A stretch of DNA of 62,479 nucleotides, counting the filler, from Choristocarpus tenellus KU-1152 (lineage: Eukaryota; Protista; Phaeophyceae): assembly GCA_964200185.2 (NCBI GenBank). It is 10 parts of 10 records of this genome, joined end to end, with 100 filler letters (N's around TTAATTAATTAA, not from the genome) between each part and the next. Parts side by side here need not be neighbours in the genome. Positions count along the whole stretch, not along the records: positions 1 to 8,054 come from CAXNAD020005216.1; positions 8,155 to 20,040 come from CAXNAD020002081.1; 8 more parts are not named here. One strand, written 5' to 3'. Below, piece by piece: positions 1 to 13,715 of this stretch. The position numbers were made by a program, and so were the translations under genes. How positions within the stretch are numbered: the stretch's first letter is position 1; each line of letters opens with the position of its first letter. The notes beneath the pieces were generated by a model that was given only the letters and a program-made list of their open reading frames with translations, ran no database searches and was not told the DNA's origin.

Positions 1-61
1 ATCCAAGCCCAACAAATGGACAAACAGGGAAAAAATCGTACCCTCTAAGATAGTTTCACTC
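1..61 (-). mobile_element. Sola2-type MITE family A, left end (partial)
   Basis: Ends ...GTACCCTCTAAGATAGTTTCACTC, the reverse complement of the family A left terminus GAGTGAAAGTATCTTAGAGGGTAC seen at 29607, 57330 and 62396. Confidence 0.85.
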
Positions 62-671
62 AAAAAAGTATACCAAAATCTGGAGAGCTTCTGACTCCAC
101 CAGAGTACTATGCTACCTGCAGGCACTATACATGTGACACTCGTTAGACATCAGGCATTGACTATTGTTTAACTTCTGGTTGGTTGGTATGTGAGAACCA
201 ATGGGAACGTCAGGACTGAGTTATGGTAGAGAAAGAACCCCATAAAACACCCCTTATGCCAGCAGGAGATCATTGATGATGATGCAGTAGAGAACCCAGG
301 ATGCAATCATTGGAACTGCAACTCAATATGAAGGAGACCTGAACTAGTTGGTACTGAATAGCTACCGGAGTACTATGGTACATTCAGAGTGTCCTGAAGT
401 ACTTTGAAGCGATTGATTAGCTCAGTATATGAAATATATTTGAGCTAATAACAGGAACTTATTTATCCTGAGCATGGATACCTGGATCAGAAAGCATCAA
501 TGCACGTGCAAAGAGCATGGTAGGTACTCGACATTTGCATGGCACTACATTGTTAATGATGTGATCGATCTCGGGCACAAATGAACATATCAGGACAAAG
601 ATGCGTTCTCATATTGTTTTGTTAGAATTTTCACATTGCTTATGCAGTTGATATGTTGACATCATGATCCA

Positions 672-812
672 GGCTCAAAGTATCTGGGGGGGGAGGGGGG
701 GTCTACACCAGGGTGTTCATTTGGGCCCTGACCAGGAAAAGGTGTACTTACATTATCCATCCAACACATGCAACCACATCACCCAAAAATTGCAACATGA
801 AAAAATAGGCTC
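672..812 (+). mobile_element. MITE family B, 3'-truncated
   Basis: Starts GGCTCAAAGTATCTGGGGGGG...GGTCTACACCAGGGTGTTCATTTGGG and aligns with 57201-57329; right end is missing. Confidence 0.8.
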
Positions 813-969
813 CATTTCAATATTTTCACAATGGACAAGATCTCCCATTTGGAGAACACCCCCCATTCTAGTCCTTGTTCTCCTAAGCATGCATACCCCC
901 CAACCAATACACTTGCCCTAGTTGTTCTTCTGTCGTGTATTATGATACGAATTTCATGTACAATGCCCA

Positions 970-3548
970 TTGCTCGGAAAGATAAATCTAGAGAAAAGGC
1001 AAGAATTAGCACTGCAGAAGAAAAGAGAGGAGATGGCTGACAAAGCAGCCAAAGAGATGGGACTAGGAGGAGTTTATGGTGAAAAGGGGGGATTTTCTGC
1101 CCTAGGTGCCAAATTGACGATATTGAAGACCAAAATGCAAAATAAGGTGGGTGTCCTTGTGAATGTGTACATTCTACTATTGATTTTGGTGAGGAACTGA
1201 TGGATTGGTCAGAGTTTTGCCGTAAGTACACTCTAGAAACTGGCTTAATCATAATTTGTGTTGTTACAAAAGAAAAAATTCATTATGTGCTGAACTATGC
1301 TGAAATCCACATCAAACTGCAGACTTGCAACCCAGGATGGAATGTTGAACAAACTCAATGTTTCTAGCATTATTGCAGTAGAGTCATTGAGAGCATGTGC
1401 TTTATCTCTGATAGGGGTGTCCAAGCATTTCACATTCGTTTCTCCTGTATAATTGGACTGGTCGATGCACCTCATGCTAGTACTGAAGAGCTTCGATGCC
1501 ATAGAGTATCCATGGCGCACTATGGGCTAGGAATCCAGGTAATAAATTACTCAGACAAGGCATAGCCCTTGTCAATTAATTACTCATAAATTGTTCTACA
1601 ATGATAGCAGTGTCGCTTTCTGTCTAACTGAGCACGTTCCAATGTCCCTTGGTCTCACAGGAGAAATATGGTGGAGACTTTACGAGTGAGTCAGCTGCAA
1701 TTGAGGCCGCAATCAAATCTAGTCACAAAACCAAGTTGGGAAAAGTGGAGGCCATTAGCTCCTTGTGCTTCACTGTGGGCGCAGAGGAGACTGACAAGTT
1801 CATGTTCACTCAGGCAATACTTTTACTCTCCTGTTCCACTCAGTTTTTCTCCATGTATCAATATTGCGAGGTTGAACCTCACCATATTGTTCACAAGGCA
1901 ATACAAAACCATTTGCCTGTCTTAATTTGATTCCGAAACGTACAGGAATCGTTTTCTTTCAAGTTAATGACGTTCTAGACATCCTGTGTAGCTTGTAGGC
2001 TATGGATAACCGCTTACAACTTAAGTATGCACGTGAAGTATGTGTCTCTAATGCTTTAGAGTTATTGAAGAACAAGCAAACCCATTCAATACAAAATAAT
2101 TCTCTGGCATGCACTCTAAACTTGACCATCGTCCCCTTTTTGGGTGGTCCAATTGGTCAATCTCCCCTCAGGCTCAACTGTCGTCTCAAGGCCTTGCACA
2201 CTTCCGGAAGATTCAGAAAGGCCTAGGGGGTCATAATGTAGTATTCATCTGGGTCAAGCACAGCCTTGATTCGATTGAGTATATTACAGACATACAAGTG
2301 TCACATGCTGACCCGGGTGACAAAAAGTGAGACCAGAATTTGTTTGATTTGTAATTTGATGTTGACAAAAAGTGAGACCAGAAGGTACGAGGGGCAACAG
2401 TAATAGATTCAGAAAGACGTTGGAATAGAAATTATAAGGAGACTATTATTGGTAAGCAATCTTGCCATGCTTTGGGCTTGGGGGAAAAGTTTAAAAAACA
2501 AAACTATGTTGGAAGAAGCTCTTCAAAAATGACAGCTCACTTTCATCCACTTCTGTTCCTATATTCCTAACGCCTGCTGACCTTTGGTTGGATGGAGAAA
2601 AGGTATAAAAACTTGGAGCCCAAGGGGTACACCAAATATGGACACAGCAAGCTAGCTGGAAAGGGAAGAGGTCAGCCATCCATCCTAATCTGGGGAAGGA
2701 AGGACCCACACCAGAATGCCATTGCAAACATTGATGTTTCATATAATGCAGCGGACGAGGTATATTCATGGCAAGCATGTCAGACTAGTGAATTTTGCGG
2801 GATGTAGTTGGGTGTTGGGGACTCAAGGGATAAAGACAGGCACGAGTCAAAGTATCTTCGGGTTAGGGTAGAGCCGTGTCCATTTGGGGGCCAAAATACA
2901 ATGTTGCGATTTTGATGTAATTTTGGCTATCGTGATTGTTAGGAAGTGTCAATATCCATGTTCCAGACACACCTTTTCATAATGTATTCATTTTACCTAC
3001 TCCTAGACATTTCGGAGTAGGAAAATGTCATTAAAAAAACATGGGAAGCCAAGCCTCAAATGGATAAAACAGGGCAAAACTCGAACCCTCTAAGGTACTT
3101 TCACTTCACATCATTCATTGCTTGTTCCCACCGAAGGGCTCATGTTTCACCTTCACTAACAAGTACCTTCGGTGTGCTCATGCGGTACCATGAACTCAAT
3201 TGGCCGCTCTGTTTAATGAGTAAGTATTAGTGTGAGTTCCGAGCCTCTGCTGAAACATATGTGAGAACCATGTCGTGCAAAGGTAATAGGGAAGGTAGTC
3301 AGGGAGAGTCTCAATCTAAACCACAATAGTATGCCTATTCCCTCTTCTCTTCAAACCGATGTCAACCACACAGAAAAAACTGTCTGACATGGGCTTCAAG
3401 AAGGTCCCTGGAGTGCTGTCAGACTTTGGGTTACCAGAAATGCACCTGTGGTTCAGTCCTGTGAAGAGGGGTGCATCTACTCTGCCACCCATTAACGCCA
3501 TCTGCCACGACCTGAAGGAAGTCCGGAAAATGAGAAAGCAAAACAAAG
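970..3548 (+). pseudogene. Possible exons of an unidentified gene or TE protein (about 970-1146, 1661-1800, 2592-2759, 3359-3548)
   Basis: Protein-like Lys/Glu-rich open segments, several ending in GT donors (AATAAG|GTGGGT at 1146; GACGAG|GTAT at 2759). No recognisable domain; phase continuity not verified. Confidence 0.25.
2844..3106 (-). mobile_element. MITE family A, full length, diverged
   Basis: GAGTCAAAGTATCTT... to ...AACCCTCTAAGGTACTTTCACTT; interior is the reverse complement of 29607-29863; TSD not clean. Confidence 0.85.
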
Positions 3549-4810
3549 GTATGAGTTTGATATGATAAGGTGAACAACAATATAGATTTTTTGAAGAAAA
3601 GAAATAAGGTATAGAATGAGAAACAACATTGAGCGTATAGGAGAAAATTGAGGCTACATAGGTCCAGCCGGACCTAATGATGAAGTAGTGAATACCTGAT
3701 GAAAAGTGAGGTGAACGAGGATAGCTGAGAGAAAATGGGCAGTTTCATCGGACCCTTAGAATGTAGATATTCCAAAATGACTATGAAGTACTTCAAAGTA
3801 GAAGTGGAGTAGAGTGCCTGTTTTTCTACTGCTATTAAATTCATCTTACCGATATCTTACCTACATCTGATGTTCTTCATGTCATCATGAGTGCCAACGG
3901 TTTGTGGGGATTTACGGAAGTTTACACACCACAAGAACGTTTTTCCTTTGCTCTGCTGTACAAGTACTAGTTGGGTGCTGTCACCCCACAGCAATATTTC
4001 GGAGTACATTTGTTGACAAATCCCTTTCAGGGTTATGGCCAACAACAAATGTGCACCGTGCATGTCTCAATAATTATTTAATTCACCAATATAGAACCTT
4101 CAACATCATCCCTCGGATCTTCCCTATACCAAAATATTGAGCAACAGATTGATCTAACAATGTGAGGGCTAGTGAAGTGCTCTTCATCTTATTTGAATCG
4201 AAATTCGCTGCATATGGAGATAACTGAGATGCCAACCAGATAAAAACGCATTTAGAGCTCACTAACCCTAACTCTAAGACTTATACTGGGGTGCACCGTG
4301 TGAAGGTACAGTGAGGTTTGTTCAGAATAGAAACTCCCCATGCTTGACCATTTATGATACAGACAATTTGTAAATGAACACTAACATTCCCCACTGCCAC
4401 CTGCAACGTATTCCTAACAGGCGACCCTGCTTTGGCAAGGACTGAGGAACAACTGCAATCCAAGCTCAGTCAGGTACCTGTGTTTGGTACTGCATTTGTT
4501 AAGCAGAATCACACAATGGTCTGCTAATGGCACAAGGATATGGTTGAGATGCGTTCTGCCTCCAATTCCCATTGATGAAATGTAAGAAGGGAATGCTATC
4601 ATTTCTGCACCATTTCTTTACTACTTGATGCACATTATGCTCCGCACTATCTGGACAGACCACTCTTTGCCGTCTCACAATAGCTGTCTGTTTTATGTTA
4701 GTTCTGAAAAAATAGCATCTTGTGATGTCTTTTGACCCATGCCTCTTTCCTTCTTCCCAACCAGGCCCATACTTCCTGCTTCCATAGCAACAGTATCGAC
4801 CACAATAAAT

Positions 4811-5067
4811 AGTCAAAGTAAATGAGAGGTACCCAGTTGTCGGCCGTTTTTCATTCTAAGTCTGTTGTTCAATCTAATGCAATTCGCCCGTTTTTCTGTG
4901 GATGAAGTTCTAAGTTTGACTTGAGAGCATTATTTTTTTCTATTGTTTGAACTTTTCCGACACCATACAGAAAATATCCAATACTTCTTGAGAAAAAGTA
5001 TATGTTTTCACATACTTCTCAGCATTCTTAAAATGCAACTATTGGTACCTCTCGTTTACTTTGACTC
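4811..5067. mobile_element. MITE family E
   Basis: TIRs AGTCAAAGTAAATGAGAGGTACC ... GGTACCTCTCGTTTACTTTGACTC; interior matches 13504-13715 in reverse complement. Confidence 0.75.
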
Positions 5068-7431
5068 AAAGTCGTTGCTTAGTCATAAGTTTGGGTTGTA
5101 AGAAAACCCTGTTTTCCTTCGTGGGAAGACTTCTATTGCCCAATACATAATCCCGTGATATTTTTGTGCTTAGATTGTGAAGCCATGATTTACTTGTTTC
5201 ATCAGTGTGCAGAATGGGGTTATATATTTCAGGATTCCCCTGTTGCTGTGAAGGAGTGACAGGAAATTCTCTTTGTTGACGGTTTAGATTAGTCTGTTTT
5301 TCAAACAAATCCAAGGGTCTGTTTTACCCCCTACCAATACATCCCTTCCACTTTTGGAGCATGTCCAACAAACGTGTGTCAGTCATATTTATACAAGGGG
5401 TTGCAACAATAAATCGTGGAAGGCCTTACGCATCTCCACTTGAACAAATTCGCATTCACAACATTCCCTGACATTGTCATGGAAGTGATACATATAGTGC
5501 ACTGAGCAAGGAAATACAACGATGCCTTTTCCAATGATGCCAGTCGTTCTCAATGCATTAATTAATGCAGGAATAACCATCCCATGTAGAGGCAAAACAA
5601 CATAAAGAAGCAAGTAGCACAATGAAAGAATAATCTAAATGCTGTAATTGCTGCGCCATAGTATCCTTGAGAGGGAACGATTTAGGCACTGCTGAGTATA
5701 AGAGGCTAACACAATCTTTTACCGGACACCCCCATTCCCATGCCCAAAATATAGCTAACCCCTATTGGGAGTTTGTAACTGCCAGAGAAGTAAAAAACAT
5801 TCGTCCACACAAGCACAAAATGGCCCTCCAGAGTGCTAGAAGCACACACACCAGAAGACAGTCACAGAAACCTCAACACTCATCAGCACCCCTCTCTAGG
5901 ATACTAGAGCTTACTCAAGAAAAAGCAGGTCGTCATAACTACTATGTTACTATAGTATATTTAATTGTTCTCCGGAGAATAAAATTGGTAGTTCGTTGAG
6001 CACCCAACATAGCCCATCAATTACCAAATTTCTGCATCAATATCCTACTGCAGCAGTGCCTGGGTGTACGTACTAACCCTACACACTGGGCCTTCGGACA
6101 CATGGAAATCGGCGCAATATGTGCGTTCTATGTGGATATGTGTTCAATGTGGATATGTATTCTCTGTGACTAGAGGTGGCACGAGTATGCAATGGCATCG
6201 GGCACTCTGCCCTTTAAGTTAAGAAAATAATTAGTTGATGAGGTGTTCAGAGCCTCTACTGTAAATGCAATTTCGCATTTGAGTAGTCCTCCTCTTGCAC
6301 TCTTACAAACTTCAAGGCCAAGGAAATTGAGGAAAGGAGAGCACAGGACGCGGAAAATCCGCTGAGGTACGCTATAGAGACATATGCACTCACTTCAAGC
6401 AACATCAACTCCCTGATTGAGCACTTTGCCCAGATGGACCCAGAAAGGACAGGTGTGGCCATGAAAAGCTTTTGTTGACAAACCTCAGAGCTCCAGGTGT
6501 ATAGTTGACATCACACCACAATTATGTCTTATGTGAGTGTTTCCCAGTTCCTGTGCACTTCATGTAGACATGCAATACATGTAGGAGTTGTAACATGCGT
6601 GATGACAATGTCTAGGAGGTGCTTGCTATGACAGGTGACTGCTACAATAAGTATAGTACATAGTACTTACTTCACGTAGAGGGAATTATATACTTTCAGA
6701 GGCAATCCTCACATTGATGGTACCAATGTGCAGAGGTTTTGCCACAGTTTGGAATGAGAAATCGCTGTGAAATAACTTCTGCGAATGTTAGGAGATGGCA
6801 GGGAACCATGAAGACATTACTATTCCTCTTGCCTAAATTGCCAAAATTTCAGGATTCATCACAACTGAGGCCTTTTTCGAGCACCTGTCATGGCCCCGAA
6901 ATACCTTTGCTGATCGCCTTTTTTCTTTCATGGAGGCTCTAGACAAGAATGGTTTGGTGGACTTTGGGGATTTTGTTAAGGTACAGTCGATGCACCCTTA
7001 GTGGTGGCCATGTGCTGACCTATCTCCATAGATAATTATATCATCATAGATGTGTGCTACAAAGCCCCTGAGGAGCTCAAATATATTGACCTGATTGAAA
7101 AATGTTTTTCTCTAACCATATACCGAGAGCATTTCTTGAGTGAATCTCCTGCTTGGAAAAGGAGACATTCTCCCGGACAGAACGGAACCCTGCTACAAAC
7201 CCATTTTTTATTAATAGAGAGAGGGAGATGAAGATTATGTTGGAGATGAAGATTGTGAAGAATAAAAGGTTTCAATTAATGAGCTAGAACGAAACATATG
7301 AACAGAGATGACCCCAACATAGGTTGCACCCCTATCTTTGTTGAAGACACACATTTTTGTGCGTTACATATTCTTGAAGACTTGTTATCACTCAACTCAC
7401 AATAGACAAGTTGATTTTCCTAATACATGCA

Positions 7432-7608
7432 GAGGCAAAGTATCTGGGGGGTAGTGGCTTCCATTTGGGGCCAATTTTTTCATATCGCGATCTTTGGGTG
7501 ATTTGGTTAAGTTATGTTGGATGGATAACATAAGTGCACTTTTCCTGGTTTTGGCCCAGATGGACACCCTGGTATAGAATCCACCCCCCCCCCCAGATAC
7601 TTTGGGCC
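7432..7608 (-). mobile_element. MITE family B, full length
   Basis: GAGGCAAAGTATCTGGGGGG ... CCCCAGATACTTTGGGCC, flanked by perfect TSD TGCA (7428-7431, 7609-7612). Confidence 0.9.
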
Positions 7609-7863
7609 TGCACTTAAAATGATCAGAAGCACACGCATTCTCATACCCAATATTATACAATGGCTCAATTATAGGGGGTTGGAGTATGGTTTAGAGTTGT
7701 GCATGTATGATGTGAAAGGCTAAGTATTGCATTCTAGTTACAAAATTCGGAAAAGAACGGGCACAACTGCCAGAAACGAAAATGTCCCATTCCATATTTA
7801 CATCCACTGAGATTTCTTTAAGAACTAGACACATATCCACACAGAGATTTAGAAAGTTCAGAA

Positions 7864-8040
7864 TGGTCAAAGTATCTTGGGGGGGGCGGTGGTTTGTGAG
7901 GGGGCGTCCGTTTCGGCCAAACAACCCTATTTTGCTGAAATTTCAAATCCGACACGTGCGACCAAATCACACAAAGTGAAAATCGAAAAAAGGGTGAAAA
8001 ACGGACGCCGACACCCCCCCCCCCCAAAGTACTTTGACCC
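7864..8040 (+). mobile_element. MITE family C, full length
   Basis: TGGTCAAAGTATCTTGGGGG ... CCCCAAAGTACTTTGACCC; flanks AGAA/AGCA (TSD with 1 mismatch); reverse-complement homologue at 58846-59017. Confidence 0.9.
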
Positions 8041-8054
8041 AGCAAAAAAATACA

Positions 8055-8154
8055 NNNNNNNNNNNNNNNNNNNNNNNNNNNNNNNNNNNNNNNNNNNNTT
8101 AATTAATTAANNNNNNNNNNNNNNNNNNNNNNNNNNNNNNNNNNNNNNNNNNNN
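8055..8154. other. Artificial contig linker (also 20041-20140, 28055-28154, 34148-34247, 39581-39680, 43054-43153, 47961-48060, 52045-52144, 59054-59153)
   Basis: Identical 44N-TTAATTAATTAA-44N 100-bp spacers with stops in all six frames. Confidence 0.97.
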
Positions 8155-10099
8155 CAATAGTGACTCTATGAGATCAAATGACTTGTTGCAAGAGTGTTCT
8201 ATGCGACAGCAACTCCCCCCCCCCCCAAAAAAAAAAGCTGTACATGCAAGACTAGCATCAAACCAGCCTCTTGCCACACTCACACTTCTCAGAACACTTT
8301 TCGCACACAACAAGAGGACCTGTGGAGTTATGCTTTACACATCATACTGCGTAGAATCAAAACCTGAACAAACGACAATTTACTCTGAAGTACTTCATCT
8401 CATCGCCTAAACCTTTACAGCAATGATCGCACAACCAAAAGGAATTCTTAGTCTCTAGTAACTGATTCTCCTCCTTGAACTAGTTAAGAAGTCAGTGCAG
8501 AGGTAAGTCAGTCAAGGGTTACTGCGGCTTAGCGCATGAGGGAAAAAAGAATAGGAACATAAAAATAGAGGTGAGAGTCCTCCAAATGGCAACAAATATA
8601 CTCACAGTAAGTGGTTCGGTGTTTACGGGGCAAAAAAAAGCATTACCATGCTTTGTGCTGTGAAGTCAATAGGAAATGGGACATGCCAGGGCATACATAG
8701 GAGAAAAAGAAGCACACTAAGAAGACTGCCTGTTCAACGCCAACAAAAAAAAAGAAACATCAACCATATTTCAATGGTTTTGAACGGTATGAGTGGAAAT
8801 TATGGTCCATTTGAGAGGATGGTATGATCACCTTTGTTTTGCACAGTACTGGCTATAGGTCAAAGTATAGTCCATATCGCAGTCTGTAATAAATACATTC
8901 TCCAGGATCTAAAACACCACCCCACTCTCTTCAGGTACCCTACTGGTGAGGGCAAATCAGGATGAGCAATGCAAATCCAGGTGCACAATCTTTGTATCCG
9001 ACAGAAACTTCAGGTTGCAGCATATATCTGACACCCACGTCTCTTACCACGAAATAAATCATTGGTAGCGTGATTGTCCACATAAGGAAGCCGTTCCTTA
9101 GTGCAACACCACATTTCAAACACTGCTATATGCAAGTCATCATATTCTTCTAACTTCCACCGATATCTGGTACGCACCAGGACCTGAAGTTGAGCCCATC
9201 CTCTAGACAGGTTGAAGCATCATAGCAATTTCCTTCTGTTGTCTCCACCAGGAAATAATCTATAAAAACAATCGTTATCACCAAAATACAAGTCATCCAA
9301 GCAGTCCGCAGCAATAATCCCAAAGAGATCATCACAACGGAACAATATGTCACAGAAACATACAAATAACACGGAGTAATCGGGCGAGTAAATAGTCGTT
9401 AGGTTGGGAAAAGTCAACGATTATCAAGTGGGGCATGCCAGTCACCATCTGCAGGTTGTGCAATACGGCATACTCGCCGTCAGGAGCCTTTCGTGCGACA
9501 CCTAAGCTTTGATTCCCGTAGTATTCTTTCAGCATGACTGATACATTCGGCTACAATATGTGAGAGAGTGAACCTCGACCATAGTAAACTCATCAGATCG
9601 ACGACCAACTAGACCCAACACTGGGTAGACACTCACATGGCCCGTCAGCAAGGAGGAGAGTAAAGATTGCTGACAAGACGGTGAGGATGGAGAAAAGCAT
9701 GAAAAAGCTTGTGCCTTTGCCTCCAGCATGCTCACGGTGGGTGACTGAGTAGCCCGACAGCCCGGCGAACACTGCCATGAGGCCTACCCAGAAACCTCCG
9801 ACAGTTCCCCATGCTTCAAAGAAGGAGAGGCAAGGAGAGGGTAGAGTAAGGAAACTAGACACTTCGAAGGAAATAAGGTAGCCGAATCATGGAAGGAAAT
9901 ACTAGGTCGGCAATTCCATCAGATTCAGGGGTCTAAACACCCACATGAGAAGACAATGGCACCAGCAACAATTTCGCCAAGGCCTGCGACGACAAGGATA
10001 ACGCTGATAAGGTGTGAGAGGGTAACAGATCCATAAGATGGAAGAGGTTTGGGGCGGTGGTGGTGGTGGTGGCTGTGACCGTGGCTCTTCCTGCCCCGA

Positions 10100-11950
10100 G
10101 ACATCTTCGAATTTTTGTGTTATCAACAGAGATCATCAACCGATCACACCTAGTTCAACACCTTGGATGGCTAATAAACTTAGGAAAATGTATCTTACTT
10201 AGTTGTGGTAGTTGCAGGCAGGCTTTCCACCTCCTGTTGCAGCGACGCCATTGCTGTTGGATGAGTTGACCAGGTGTCAAGCTGACTGAATTTCTCCAAA
10301 ACTGACGTCCAGGAGTAGGCTTTTGTCCTGATAGGGGGCTGAACCAGCCTCGACAGTTATCCACGGTGGAGCACCACATGAGAAGAAAATTCCTGTGCAC
10401 CACGAAGGACTGCCATCTTCCAGTACAGAAGGGATACCCATTCCCCTGCAGATCTTTCCTTACAACATCACCACCGGTGTGTGTTGGTGTGCTTATCCTC
10501 CCCCTCTTGGGCAAGTATGCGCATATCGAGTGTCAACATTCTGCCTCGTGCACCCAGCGACCAAGCACCTGTTCAACAATATCACCTCTCTCCGCAGAGA
10601 CCTGCTGACGGTGAGGTCAAAATCCACAAGAGGGTCCTGGTGCGATGGTCCCAGAAACTTTGTGGTGGCCCATGCATTAGCCCTTTGGCTGTGGGTTATG
10701 GAGTGCAGGCCCAGGCCCCCTGAAGTTGTGGGCATCTGCACTTACACTTTTCTAGGTGGAGAGACCCATCATCACAACCCCCTCGAAAGAACTCAGTTGC
10801 CTCAGCTGAATCAGTCACCTCCATGGTCTTCTTCAGTGTCTGTGTTTGTTGCCTGCTTGCTCCACGGCAGGACCTGTCAGACATAGGGGAGTGACCGGCA
10901 CCATGTAAGACAAACAGGGAGAGAGGAACCGAGAGCTTCGGAGCCATGCAAGTTGTTAGTCGTCTCACTCAGGTGTGTAGCTAGAGTCGGTGAGCGTAAG
11001 CTCTCTCTCACTCCTATCATGTGGACTTGAACAATCATCCGTCCCCACAGGTGACCTGAGAGCTACAAATCATTGGGGTCTGGAGCAAGGTTAAGGTGAC
11101 TTCAAGCTCCAGTTCTGATGGTTTGGGTTGGTCACCCTGGTGGGATGCTGCACATGTTTTTTTCATGTTGAACATTATGCCCACCTCAAGCAGGTCCATT
11201 TTCAGCTGCTCAAGTGCTATAATGACCATGGAGTTTTTGTCTCCCTCCCAGAGTAGAGATGTGTGTATCATTAAGGAATCAGTGGGATGGAGCTCCTAGG
11301 GATCTAAATTTGGATTGTATCTTCTAAAGGGTATTGGCAGTGGCAAGGCAGTAGAGTAAGGGGTCAAGAGGGCCTCCTTGTTTTACCCCATCCTCGAGGG
11401 CATTACTTCCACGTACCCCGTGTTAGGTGGGACAAAGAAACCTTACATGCCACCATATACCCTAGCCACATAGAGTAAGAGACACTGCAATACCTCTGGA
11501 AGAGCCTCAATGAAGGTCAAGCAGAATTCACTGCTTAAAGTGTTCTTCAATCTAGCTTGATAACCCATTCATTCCCCGCACAACAGATGCCAGCAGCGCA
11601 CACTCAGCCCCACCTGGAACCCTTGCCTACTCCACACTACCTATAGTGAAGCTCAAGGTGGGAATCAATATGAGATCTAAAGGACAGCAGTACTGCCCCC
11701 TGGGTGGGGGGGAGTACACATCAACCTCACTAAGGATAGCCTTCATGCATGTTATCAGCAACTCAGCACCAGGCCCCAATGTTATATGATCCAGGCATAT
11801 CCATTATGCCATTGCAACACATGTTGACCATCAGGAAGTGGCCAAGCTTGCCATAGCTCATAGTGATGACTCTTATTGGTGAACTTGGGAGCAAGCGCTG
11901 TAAAGGTCTCTTCATCCCTAGGGACTCTGAGTTGTCCTAGAAGAACCCTA
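10100..11950 (-). mobile_element. Decayed CRE-like non-LTR retrotransposon (RT, zinc knuckle, restriction-like endonuclease)
   Basis: Minus-strand fragments EWVIKLD (~11555), DGVKQGGPLDPLLYCLA (11340-11392; RT motif GVxQGDPLGPLLF), CLVAGC..NVDTRYAHTCPRGG (Cys/His knuckle, ~10500-10570) and LLLDVSFGEIQSA.HLVNSSNSNGVAA (RLE-like, ~10240-10318). Many stops and frameshifts; boundaries approximate. Confidence 0.7.
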
Positions 11951-13199
11951 GATTCCTTCAAGATTAACCTAAGTTTTGATCCAGTACTGTGGTTCGTTCC
12001 TGTCTTGATTTAGGGCTGCTGCCTCAACTGGGGTTACTCCAATTGTCTGGTGATCAGGTAGCTACCCTCATGTGTTCCCCATTGAGGCTAGATGATGGTA
12101 GAATATGCGGTCCTCCCTTGAAAACTTAAGTCCACCACCAAAAAGAGATTAACAAGATACTGGGGGATCAATTTATTGGTATAATGTTGTGCATTTTTCT
12201 ACCAGCATCAGCATTTGCAGTTGAGGGTAGATTTCCAATAGTCCATACCATCATTGGTTTCTCTCACAACTATTCCATTTCGACAACTCTATCACACCTA
12301 TATTCATTTCCTTGATCCATGTCCATGTCGAGGTAGTCTCATGGTTGTCATGCCTTCTATCGCGCAACAGCACGCTTCAAGTTCTCTTCATCTTCCATGA
12401 CCATGCTGCCCAAACGCATCAGTGCCACAATTGCAGCAGACAAGTCTGCCTAACAGATATATGCCAGAAAGAGGATTTGTAGACAATTGTCTCGACAAAA
12501 ATTACATTTCCAACCTCTTGTATACTCTGTCCCTATACCTCATGTTGCAAACATCTCTTTCATGTTGCCGCAACCTAGTCAAGCGATGATCCTGGCATGC
12601 ACTCTTGTGTCTCACTTGTAACAATGATGGATCACTGCCGATCTTCTTTGGTCAGGACAGGATACAGCAGAACGCAACTCTGTGAATGGGTAACGAGAGG
12701 TCTGGACCAGGGGTTGATAAGGGGAAGATCCGTATGGTAGTACACACTGTTCTCTAGTCCAGCAACCTCAGGGGAAAAGGAACAGCAGGGGGAGTTGTGC
12801 TTGGTTAAATGGGTTAACCTGTGGATGCTAGGGGGGAAAGAGGAGGAGGTTTCCACTATTACAAGCAGTGTCAGAGCTTGACAACACCTCGGGGAAAGGC
12901 ACAAGGGAAGACTTTATACTCTGCTTAAGGGGGGGTGTATAATCCGCAGTGCTTGCGATATGAATTTTGATTTTTAAAACGAGATTTACATTGAAAGAGG
13001 TGTGGCATTGATGGAGTGCACACCCACGGAATGCTTGCAGGAAACTTCCCCCATTTAAAACCCCAATCTTCGCGAGTGTAACTTACAATATCGAGTCCGT
13101 GCAGCCAACTCCAGCTTAATCTCCTTGAGAAAGAGTAGTGCTCACGCAACTTGTAAAAACACTAATATTGCCACATGTACTTGGAACAATTTGGGGATC

Positions 13200-13490
13200 T
13201 GCCCCAATTATATATCTGGACTGGGCTGCTCCACTTCAAACATTTTTTGTCCAGGTAGTGGGTTCAAAGATTATAACTGGATCAGACAATGCAGCCCCAC
13301 AGTACAATATATTTAATAGGCCCCATCTAGGGCCATCAAAAATTTCAACTGGACTAGACCATGGGCCCGATCCAGTGAAGTTATACTTAACATACTTTTT
13401 ACTAGGATCACTCTATGGGTGCAGAGGTTGAACCTGGACTAGACTGAGGGCTGCCCATAACTCCAATCCAGTGAGCAAGTCTACTTGACT
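13200..13490. repeat. Degenerate repeat with recurring TGGACTGGGC/TGGACTAGAC-like motifs; similar tract at about 22410-22615
   Basis: Recurring short motifs that look like deaminated GGGCCGGGCC units; similarity judged by eye only. Confidence 0.3.
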
Positions 13491-13503
13491 GTCAGTCCAC
13501 CGA

Positions 13504-13715
13504 GAGTGAAAGTAAACAAAAGGCATTCAGAGCTGCATTTTAAGGGTGCTGACAAATATGAGCAAAATGTCAGCTTTTTTACAAATATGCTTAGATATTT
13601 TCGGAACTGCGTCAGAAAAGTGTCACAAATATAGAAAGAAATCCTCTCAAGTCTAACTTATAGAAATAGGGACAAATTTCAAAACCAGACTTAAATGCAA
13701 CCGGTCAAAACTTAA
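13504..13715. mobile_element. MITE family E, truncated copy
   Basis: Starts GAGTGAAAGTAAAC; TGCATTTTAAGGGTGCTGA and CTCTCAAGTCTAACTTA match the reverse complement of 4840-5067. Confidence 0.65.

Noticed and set aside
8099-8110. Recurrent TTAATTAATTAA palindrome
   Set aside because: Synthetic six-frame stop spacer. ORFs containing X runs are artefacts.
12925-13119. TTAA-flanked ~190-bp segment as a Kolobok or piggyBac MITE
   Set aside because: TIR match is too weak and there is only one copy in the window.
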